The translations under genes and the position numbers were made by a program. Positions 1-7,355 of a stretch of 10,061 nucleotides of DNA are shown here, piece after piece (position 1 is the first letter of the stretch; each line of letters opens with the position of its first letter). The DNA is taken from contig CAZOYL010000097.1 in assembly GCA_964584035.1 (NCBI GenBank), forward strand, positions 1 to 10,061, in the 5' to 3' direction. This DNA is from an uncultured Gemmatimonadota bacterium. GTDB lineage: Bacteria > SM23-81. The notes beneath the pieces were generated by a model. The model saw only the letters and a program-made list of their open reading frames with translations, ran no database searches and was not told the DNA's origin.

Positions 1-13
1 TGGTCCAGTTCAC
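1..13 (-). CDS. Possible 5' end of a downstream gene (MNWT...), running off the left edge
   Basis: The minus strand reads GAGGGAGTGAGCC-GTG AAC TGG ACC: a Shine-Dalgarno-like GGAG 6 nt before a GTG, about 95 nt downstream of a strong promoter. Only 4 codons are visible. An alternative open frame from ATG at 62 (MGSEGEVF...) cannot be excluded. Confidence 0.3.
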
Positions 14-112
14 GGCTCACTCCCTCACGGTTCTTCGGAAATACTTCACCCTCAGAACCCATCGGCAGTGACCGTCATCCTGGATGAAGGTACATTTCGC
101 GTCCTATGAACC

Positions 113-163
113 ATTGTATCACAATCTGGATTTTTTGTCAAGACCTTTTTTTTTAATATTTTC
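113..163 (-). promoter_or_regulatory. Sigma70-type promoter with extended -10 and A-rich UP-like element, directing transcription leftwards out of the window
   Basis: Minus strand: AAAATATTAAAAAAAAAGGTC-TTGACA (141-136) - 17 nt spacer - TACAAT (118-113), preceded by TGn. The -35 is perfect, the -10 matches 5/6, the spacing is optimal, and the site is an AT-rich island in GC-rich DNA. Confidence 0.85.
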
Positions 164-204
164 ATCTTTGCGGTCGTCAGGCTCCGGCTGCGAAGATACC
201 GCAA
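164..204. other. Inverted repeat / hairpin just downstream of the glyS stop (possible pause, terminator or mRNA end-protection structure)
   Basis: TTGCGGT (168-174) pairs with ACCGCAA (198-204), with an inner CG(T)CAG/CTGCG stem. There is no U-tract after it on the minus strand, so it is not a canonical intrinsic terminator. Confidence 0.35.
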
Positions 205-223
205 CATTTGTGCCAATTTTAAG

Positions 224-2334
224 TTAATCCTTTTCTGAAGACCCTTCCTCGCCGGCCAGCACGATCCTGGAATAGTCGGCCGCCAGGAGAAAAGTGTCCC
301 GCACCAGAGTCAGCAGCCGCAGCCGATTCAAGCGGAGCTTCTGATCTTCGGTCATCACCAGGATCTGATCGAAAAAGGCATCCACAGGACCGACCAGGTT
401 CAGCGTGGTCTCCAGGGCGGCCCGATAGTCACCGGCACCGACAGACCGAACGATCTCCTTGTGGATCTGCCGGTTGATCTCATAGAGGTCCTTTTCGGCC
501 TTCTCCTGCAGCAGTCCGGCGTCGGGTTCTCCCGAGACCTGTTGACCGCGAAGGATATTGGCCACCCTTCTGGCGCCCTGCACCAGGGCCGGAAATTGCC
601 CCTGGTCCCGAAAATTCTGCAGGACGCGCCCCCGTCCCAGAGCATCCGTGGCCATCCGGTCATCGGCCGCCAGGACGGCGCTGACCACATCGGGATCCAG
701 GCCCTGATCCACCAGCCGGCCCTGGACTCGCTGCCGGAAGAAGGCCAGCACTTGCTCCCTGATCGTCCCGGGGTCATCTTTCAGCTTCGGCCTCAACAGA
801 TTCAGGGCCCTATCGACCAAATCGTGCAGATCCACTTTCAGCTCATGGTGCAGCAGGATTCTGACGATACCCAGGGCGCTGCGCCTGAGCGCGTAGGGAT
901 CCTGTGACCCCGTGGGGATCAGTCCCACTCCGAAACAGCCCGCGATGGTATCCATCTTATCGGCCATGGCCACCAGGGCTCCGGGTATCGACGGCGGCAC
1001 ATCATCCTCGGCGAACCGGGGCAGATAGTGCTCCTGGATGGCCGCGGCCACCCCGGGCGGCTCCCCCGAGGCCAGAGCGTACTGCTGTCCCATGTAACCC
1101 TGCAGGCTGGAGAACTCCTTCTCGCCGACCATCAGGGTGACCAGATCCGCCTTGCACAGCCGGGCCGCCCGGACGGCCGTTTCCCTGTTGTCCCCGGATA
1201 GGTTCAGGGCGGCGCCGAGATGCTCGGTCAGGGCCACGATGCGCTTGGTCTTATCATACACCGTCCCCAGATCTTCCTGAAACACGACCGATTTGAGCGT
1301 TTCCACCCGGTCCTGCAGGGGTGTCTTGCGATCCTCTTCGAAGAAGAAACGGGCATCCTCCAGGCGGGCCGTGAGCACTTTGTGGAGACCCTTCAGGATG
1401 AGTTCGGCCTGCCCGGGATCGCCGTTGCTGACGGCTAAAAACAGAGGCAGCAGTCGGTCGTTCTGATCCACCGCGGCGAAACACTTCTGATGCTCGGACA
1501 GCGCCGTGGTAAGAACCTCACGGGGCAGGGACAGAAAACGCTTCTCCAGGAAGCCGCACAGGGATGTGGGAGACTCCACCAGACAGGTGACCGTGTCCAG
1601 AAGCCCCTCGTCCGGCAGGGGCCGGCCGCCGTGTTCGGCGGCCGCCGCCACCAGGCCCTGCCAGATCTTTTCACGACGAGCCCGGGCATCGACGATGATG
1701 CCGGCCCGATCCATGATGCCGGCGTAATCGGCGGCCGAGGGCACCGTGAAGGGCCCCGGGCTGAGCTGGCGATGGCCGTAAGTTTGATCGCCCGAGGACA
1801 CCGTTCCCAGAGTAAAAGAGATGACCTCGTCATCCAGAAGGGCCAGCAGCCAGCGAATGGGACGGGCGAGGCGCCGGCTCCCGCGCCCCAGCGCATCGTC
1901 TTGGGAAAGGACAGTCCGGTGATCAGACCGGGAAGCAGGCCCGGCAGGATCTCTGCGGTGCTCCGCCCGGCGGTGAACACCCTGGCGAAAACGTAGGCAC
2001 CCTTGAGCGTCTCTCTCACCTCCAGGTCCGCGAGAGAAAGCCCCCGGCTTTCGGCGAACCCGCGGGCCGCTTTGGTAGGTTTTCCATTCTCGTCGAAAGC
2101 CACGCGCCGGGCCGGTCCCTGCTGTTCCTGGACCAGATCCTCCTGCTTCTCCGCCATGCCGGTCACCTCAAGGATGAGCCGGCGAGGCGTTCCGAAGGTC
2201 TCGATCTTTTCAAACCCAATCCGGGCTTCCGCTAACGCCTTCCGGACGGAATCCGCCAATTGGTCCACTGCCGGTGCGATATATCCGGATGGCAATTCTT
2301 CCGTGCCGATTTCCAACAACAACTCCCTGGCCAT
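224..2334 (-). CDS. glyS: Glycine--tRNA ligase beta subunit, interrupted by an apparent 1-nt deletion frameshift at ~1874-1889 (703 aa if repaired)
   Basis: ATG at 2334 with SD GAGGTGAGG. The N-terminus is MARELLLEIGTEELP...TPRRL...GP...FPKTMRWG. The other frame continues RLARPIRWLLALLD...TYGHR...LVESP...ARLEDARFFF...KADLVT.MV...LQGYMG...EHYLPRF...TGSQDPYALRR...FFDQILVMTED..LRLNRL.LL. It lies directly after glyQ. Confidence 0.95.
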
Positions 2335-2396
2335 ACCCTCACCTCGCCTGCTGACGTTTGACCGGGATGTCACGGTCGTGATGTTGAAAGAAGATT

Positions 2397-3260
2397 TCAA
2401 CCGTTGGGATCGCCCTGCTCCTCGAATTGAGCCGCATACGCCCGGGCCACCCGCCGGGCCAGGTTTCTCACCCGGGCGATGTATCCGGTTCGCTCGGTAA
2501 CGCTGATGGCCCCGCGGGCATCCAGCAGATTGAACAGATGCGAGCATTTCAGCACCTGCTCATAGGCGGGGTGTACCAGGCCGAGCTCGGCCAGCCGGAG
2601 AGCCTCGCCCTCGCAGAGCGAGAAGGACTGAAAGAGCACCCCGGGAGCGGCCTCCTCGAAATTGTACCGGGAGTGCTCGATCTCGGTCCGCAGGTGAACA
2701 TCGCCGTAAGACACCCCCTCCACCCACTGGATGTCCTTGAAATCATCCACCTCTTGAATGTACATGGCGAGCCGCTCCAGACCGTAGGTCAGCTCCACCG
2801 GGATGGGGTGAAGATCGATGCCCCCGACCTGCTGAAAATAGGTGAACTGGGTGATCTCCATGCCGTCCAGCCAGACCTCCCAACCCAGGCCCCAGGCCCC
2901 CAGAGTGGGCGATTCCCAATCGTCCTCTACGAACCGCACGTCGTGATGGCGCAGATCGATATCCAGCGCCTCCAAACTTTTCAAGTAGATGTCCTGAACG
3001 TCCGGCGGAGAAGGTTTGAGGATCACCTGATACTGATAATGCTGCTGCAGCCGGTTGGGATTTTCACCATAGCGGCCGTCCTTGGGCCGCCGGGAGGGCT
3101 GCACATAACCCGCTTTCCAGGGATGCGGTCCCAGCACTCTCAGGAAGGTGGCCGGATGAAAGGTGCCGGCTCCCACTTCGATATCGTAGGGTTGCATCAG
3201 GACACATCCATAATCGCCCCAGTACTTCTGCAGCCGCATGATGATGTTCTGAAAGGTCAT
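2397..3260 (-). CDS. glyQ: Glycine--tRNA ligase alpha subunit (287 aa)
   Basis: Signature motifs [122 protein letters not shown] placed the start at ATG 3260 (GGAG SD upstream) rather than TTG 3281. Confidence 0.98.
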   Translation of the reverse strand: MTFQNIIMRLQKYWGDYGCVLMQPYDIEVGAGTFHPATFLRVLGPHPWKAGYVQPSRRPKDGRYGENPNRLQQHYQYQVILKPSPPDVQDIYLKSLEALDIDLRHHDVRFVEDDWESPTLGAWGLGWEVWLDGMEITQFTYFQQVGGIDLHPIPVELTYGLERLAMYIQEVDDFKDIQWVEGVSYGDVHLRTEIEHSRYNFEEAAPGVLFQSFSLCEGEALRLAELGLVHPAYEQVLKCSHLFNLLDARGAISVTERTGYIARVRNLARRVARAYAAQFEEQGDPNG

Positions 3261-3285
3261 TTTGCTCTCCGTTTTGTGCAAGTTC

Positions 3286-4560
3286 TCAATAATTTTCCAA
3301 ATACCACCACCGGCGCTGCAGCAGCGGGTCGACCACTTCGGGCGTCCGGCGCGTCATACGATACACCGTTTGAAGCCGGGCGCCCTGCCGGTCGGGATTC
3401 AGCCACAGCCAGACCATCTCTCCCACGGGGGTGACCTCAAAGGCCCTGCCCCGGTCGCTCTCGCAGATGAGCGTGTTGCCGTTGGCCAATCGCTGGGCAG
3501 AGCCGCGGGCCGGCGAATAGAAATCCTCCGGCTGGCCGGCCTGATAGGACCAGACGATCTCTCCCGATCGGGGATCCAGCTCCAGGACCCGGGAGTATTC
3601 CCGGCGAACGCCGTTATCGAACACCAGGATATGGCCGTTTTCCAGCAGGCTGGGATGGTGCGGCCATTGCAGACGGCCCTCGCCCCAGGCCCACAGAACC
3701 CGATAGCTGCCTTTTTCCAGGATGACGATCTGGTTCACGTTGCGCAGGCAGATGAGCAGGTTTCCCTCCCGGAAACGGGCATCCTGCCGGCCCAGCGCGG
3801 TGGCCGGCAGCAGGGAAATGGTGTTCATGTGAAAGTAATCGAAATCATACCGCCCCTTGGCGACGGCCGCTTTGATGTCGCTGGCCTCCCGGCCGCTTTC
3901 CGGCCGGCCGGCCAGGGCGCTGTCCAATACGGTATCGAGAAAGGAGCGCGGGTCCAGGACGGCTTTCAGCTCATCGAGATGATCGAACGTAGACCATTTT
4001 CTCAACTCCTCGCCGCCGGGAGTCAGGTGCACGATGGCGTCGAACCAGACCCGCATGCGCCGGTAGATCTGATGATCCCTGACGATGGCATACAGGGTGC
4101 CGTCCGGCGCCGGAGCCAGGTCGTGGTGCACGGCATATCGCTTCTGCCAGATGATTCGCGAATCCCAGTCCAGACGAAGAAGCTTGCTGTGCTGCTTGAT
4201 GGCCAGCAGATCCCCGTTGTCCAGCATGACGGCATGATGATAGGAGCCGCTCTCTTCGGCAGAGAGATAGTCCCACTGGTGAACGACCCGGCCCGTTAGA
4301 TCCATCAGAAAGGCCTGGCCGGTGAACCGGGTGCAATAGAGATGGTAGCCCGGCTGAGCACGGTCGCTGTCGAAGAGCACCACCCCGGAGAGATCGTCCC
4401 CGACGGTATCGGCAGCCAGATCCACATAGGGCACGGCGCGAAGCCGCTCGATTCGTTCCTCCCAGTCGCCGGTCTCCTGACCGGCCGGCTGTCCTGGTAG
4501 AACAGCCGGGGCGACAAACAACATCATCAAAAGAAAGAAAGCTCTCTGAAAAAACACCAC
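3286..4560 (-). CDS. Secreted arylsulfotransferase (ASST)-family beta-propeller protein, paralog 4 (424 aa)
   Basis: Hydrophobic N-terminal signal-like segment ([17 protein letters not shown]). Motifs [99 protein letters not shown] start at 4560 or 4557, uncertain. Confidence 0.85.
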   Translation of the reverse strand: MVFFQRAFFLLMMLFVAPAVLPGQPAGQETGDWEERIERLRAVPYVDLAADTVGDDLSGVVLFDSDRAQPGYHLYCTRFTGQAFLMDLTGRVVHQWDYLSAEESGSYHHAVMLDNGDLLAIKQHSKLLRLDWDSRIIWQKRYAVHHDLAPAPDGTLYAIVRDHQIYRRMRVWFDAIVHLTPGGEELRKWSTFDHLDELKAVLDPRSFLDTVLDSALAGRPESGREASDIKAAVAKGRYDFDYFHMNTISLLPATALGRQDARFREGNLLICLRNVNQIVILEKGSYRVLWAWGEGRLQWPHHPSLLENGHILVFDNGVRREYSRVLELDPRSGEIVWSYQAGQPEDFYSPARGSAQRLANGNTLICESDRGRAFEVTPVGEMVWLWLNPDRQGARLQTVYRMTRRTPEVVDPLLQRRWWYLENY

Positions 4561-4632
4561 CGATGGTTCCCGCGAGGAATTTTTTGTGACGCATTTCTTC
4601 CATAAACACGAACAGCGAACACCGCCGCGATG

Positions 4633-5937
4633 TTATCCACCCTCCAGCAGCCCTTCGATCACCGTCACCGGATGCCGGATCATCCGGTAGAGCGTCTTGC
4701 GCGTGTCGCCGATGGTATCGGGATTCAGCCAGATCCATACGATCTCCCCCTCCGGGGTCACCTCGAAGGCCCGGCCCTTGTCGCTCTCGCAGATCAGGGT
4801 ATGGCCGTTGTCCAGCCGTTGGGCGGAGCCTCTGGTATAGGAATAGAACACCTCCGGCGGCGGCGGCGCGTATTCCCAGACGATCTCCCCGCTGAGCGGA
4901 TCCATCTCCAGCACCCGCGACCGCTGCCGCTTGACGCCGTTATCGAAGATCAGAATACGCCCGTTCTGCAGCAGGGTCGGGTGATGGGGCCACTCCAGCC
5001 GGCCCTCCCCCCAGGACCACAGAACGCGGTAGGTATCCCGTTCCAGCAGGGCGATCTGGTTCACCGACCGGAAACAGACCAGAAGATTCCCGGGCCGAAA
5101 CCGCCGGTCCTTTTCGCCCAGCAGCGTTCGAGGAAGAACCGTGATGGTGTTCATATGGAAATAATCGTAGCCGTGTCCCTTGCCGGCGGGCCTTTCCGCA
5201 TAAACAGAATCGTCTCCCGGCGGAGGCGGAGGGTTGGGCCGTTCGTCCAGCACCGTGTCCAGAAAATCACGGGTGTCCAGAGCGGCTTTCAGTTCATCGA
5301 GATGCCTGTATGTTTCCCAGCGATCGATCTCCCGGCCGCCGGCGGTGAGGTGAATCATGGTGTCGAACCAGACCCTCAGGCCGCGGTACTTCCGGATCTC
5401 CTGCACGATGACATAGATGCTGCCATCGGGGGCTGCGGCCGCATCATGATGGGCGATCATGGCCTTCTTCCAGAGCACCTCCGAATCCCAGTCGATGCGG
5501 ACCAGTTCCTCGTTCTTCCGGATGACGATGAGGTCGCCGTTCTCCAGCAGGATGGCATGATCGGAGCCGCCCGTTGTTTCGGTCTCGGAGGGATATGACC
5601 AGCGGTGCACGATGAATCCCTCCATGTCCAGCAGAAAGGCTTCCCGGGTGTCCTTGGTGCAGTAAAAATTATACCCCGGGCAGGCCTTCTCCGGCACCCA
5701 GTACAGCACGCCGGTCTGACCCTCGGCTACCGTCTCCTCGGTGGTTCCTAAATAGGGCACCGAACGAAGCATCTCCAGCCGCCGTTCCCAGTCCTCAGGC
5801 TTGTCCTCATCATCGGCCACGAGCGGTCCGGCCGAGACCAGGAGAACGACCAGCAGGGAAACGACCTTTTTGAGATCGCGGATTGAACGATAGATGATGA
5901 AGATGCCGCAGCCTCCGTTCTGTTCAGCGCGGATCAT
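4633..5937 (-). CDS. Secreted arylsulfotransferase (ASST)-family protein, paralog 3 (434 aa)
   Basis: ATG 5937 with GGAG 5 nt upstream, overlapping the end of paralog 2 by 14 nt. Signal-like KKVVSLLVVLLVSAGPLVA-DD. Same motif set: HHD, DYFHMN, CFRSVN, WPHHP, FDNG, GSAQRLDNGHTLICES. Confidence 0.85.
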   Translation of the reverse strand: MIRAEQNGGCGIFIIYRSIRDLKKVVSLLVVLLVSAGPLVADDEDKPEDWERRLEMLRSVPYLGTTEETVAEGQTGVLYWVPEKACPGYNFYCTKDTREAFLLDMEGFIVHRWSYPSETETTGGSDHAILLENGDLIVIRKNEELVRIDWDSEVLWKKAMIAHHDAAAAPDGSIYVIVQEIRKYRGLRVWFDTMIHLTAGGREIDRWETYRHLDELKAALDTRDFLDTVLDERPNPPPPPGDDSVYAERPAGKGHGYDYFHMNTITVLPRTLLGEKDRRFRPGNLLVCFRSVNQIALLERDTYRVLWSWGEGRLEWPHHPTLLQNGRILIFDNGVKRQRSRVLEMDPLSGEIVWEYAPPPPEVFYSYTRGSAQRLDNGHTLICESDKGRAFEVTPEGEIVWIWLNPDTIGDTRKTLYRMIRHPVTVIEGLLEGG

Positions 5938-7333
5938 CGGAACTCCAATCCTTCAGCAGCGGCTCGATCACCCCGGCCGGCCAGCGGATCATCCGGTAGA
6001 CGGTCCCGTGACGATCTCCCTTCATCAGGGGATTTCGCCACTCCCACACCCGCTCGCCCCCCGGCGTGATCTCGAAGGCCCGCCCCTGATCGCTCTCGCA
6101 GATCAGGGTGTTGCCGTTGGGCAGCCGCTGGGCGGATCCCCGGCCATAGGAATAGAACGCCTCCGGCGGATCGGCCCGGTACTGCCAGACGATCTCTCCT
6201 GAACGGGGATCCATCTCCACCACGCGCGAATAACCTCTCCGCACCCCATTGTCGAACAGCAGGATGCGGCCCCCGGGCAGCATGGTGGGATGGTGCGGCC
6301 ACTCCAGCCGGCCCTCGCCCCAGGACCACCGGACATCGCCGGTCTTTTGGTCCAGAACGGCGATCTGGTTGACGTTGCGCAGGCAGACCAGCAGGTTGCC
6401 CGCCCGGAAACGGTCATCATCCGCTCCCAGCGGCGTGTCGGGCAGCAGGCTGACCGCGTTGAGATGAAAATAGTCCAGCTCCCGGGCCCGGCCGCCGGCC
6501 GGGCCGCTGATCCGGGAGACAGCCTCGCTCTGTTCGGGACCTGCGGCCGGCAGATCGTCCGAAGGACCTTCCGCATGCCTGTCCGGGAGGCCGTCTGACA
6601 GGCCGCCCAAAAGACCGTCCGAAATCCCGTCCGAAAGACTGTCCAGGTAGGTATCCAGAAAGGAGCGGGGGTCCAGCGTCCGGCGCAGCTCCTCGAGATG
6701 CTCATAGGCGGACCAGCGGGCCAGCACCTCCCCCTGCCGGGAGACGTGCACCAGGTCGTCGAACCACACCCGGTAACCCCGATAAGGGTGCCGGGCGCGG
6801 ACGATCACCCAGAGAGTGCCATCCGGCGCCGGGACGGCCTCGTGATGGGCCTTCATCTCTTTCTGCCAGAGAACCTCCGAATTCCAGTCGATCCGCTTCA
6901 GCTGAGCATACTCATGAATGATCAGCACATCTCCGCCGGCCAGCATGAAGGCATAATCGGCATTGACCCGCCGTTCCGGCCAGTAGCTCCAGCGGTGCGC
7001 CACCACACCGTCCATGTCTACCAAGAACGCCTCGCCGGTCGCCCACGTGGAATAGAAATTATATCCCTCCCAGGCCTGATCGGGGTCATGCCAGACCACA
7101 CCCCGGAGACTGTCCTCGTCGGCGATCTGAGCATATCCCAGATACGGCACCGAGCGGAGCATCTCCAGCCGTCGCTGCCAGTCATCAGGTCTCTGCTGTT
7201 CCTCATCACCAGCGACCGGGACAACGGCCGAACCGGCCATCGATAACAGGATCACGGCCAGGCCGGGGAGAAACCATCTCCAGTATGAAAACCAAAAACG
7301 AGCGCTGGGAACGTAAATCATCATAATCTTCAA
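5924..7333 (-). CDS. Secreted/membrane-anchored arylsulfotransferase (ASST)-family protein, paralog 2 (~466-469 aa)
   Basis: Hydrophobic N-terminus (FLPGLAVILLSMAGSAVVPVA). Motifs [40 protein letters not shown]. The start may be TTG 7333 or ATG 7324/7321. Confidence 0.85.
   Translation of the reverse strand: MKIMMIYVPSARFWFSYWRWFLPGLAVILLSMAGSAVVPVAGDEEQQRPDDWQRRLEMLRSVPYLGYAQIADEDSLRGVVWHDPDQAWEGYNFYSTWATGEAFLVDMDGVVAHRWSYWPERRVNADYAFMLAGGDVLIIHEYAQLKRIDWNSEVLWQKEMKAHHEAVPAPDGTLWVIVRARHPYRGYRVWFDDLVHVSRQGEVLARWSAYEHLEELRRTLDPRSFLDTYLDSLSDGISDGLLGGLSDGLPDRHAEGPSDDLPAAGPEQSEAVSRISGPAGGRARELDYFHLNAVSLLPDTPLGADDDRFRAGNLLVCLRNVNQIAVLDQKTGDVRWSWGEGRLEWPHHPTMLPGGRILLFDNGVRRGYSRVVEMDPRSGEIVWQYRADPPEAFYSYGRGSAQRLPNGNTLICESDQGRAFEITPGGERVWEWRNPLMKGDRHGTVYRMIRWPAGVIEPLLKDWSSDDPR
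6551..6646 (-). repeat. Degenerate 12-nt in-frame tandem repeat, 8 units (SDGL-like tetrapeptide), inside paralog 2
   Basis: Minus-strand units: CTGGACAGTCTT, TCGGACGGGATT, TCGGACGGTCTT, TTGGGCGGCCTG, TCAGACGGCCTC, CCGGACAGGCAT, GCGGAAGGTCCT, TCGGACGATCTG = LDSL SDGI SDGL LGGL SDGL PDRH AEGP SDDL. Confidence 0.75.
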
Positions 7334-7355
7334 ATAGATTCAAGGATCGAAACGG

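Noticed and set aside
2355..2388. Hairpin (GACCG...CGGTC) in the glyQ-glyS spacer as a terminator
   Set aside because: The core stem is only about 5 bp. Its extension relies on G-U pairs on the non-transcribed strand, and there is no U-tract.
1435..2547. 370-aa ORF as an independent gene
   Set aside because: Only residues 72 to ~222 are real (the GlyS N-terminus). The upstream part overlaps glyQ and the tail is out-of-frame read-through after the frameshift.
3261..3400. T-box riboswitch upstream of glyQ
   Set aside because: Only 25 nt separate paralog 4 from glyQ. No T-box motif or terminator is visible here or in the recO-paralog 1 gap.
4566..4586. TTCC-CGCGA-GGAA followed by a T-run as a terminator
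   Set aside because: The stem is about 4 bp and is oriented for the plus strand, where no gene is supported.
4561..4635. Paralogs 3 and 4 are in the same frame, separated by a single TAA and 24 sense codons (possible read-through fusion); also an out-of-frame MRHKKF start next to A6/T6 runs (possible phase variation)
   Set aside because: This is easily explained by chance. Paralog 4 has its own signal-like N-terminus, and 6-nt homopolymers are too short to argue for phase variation.
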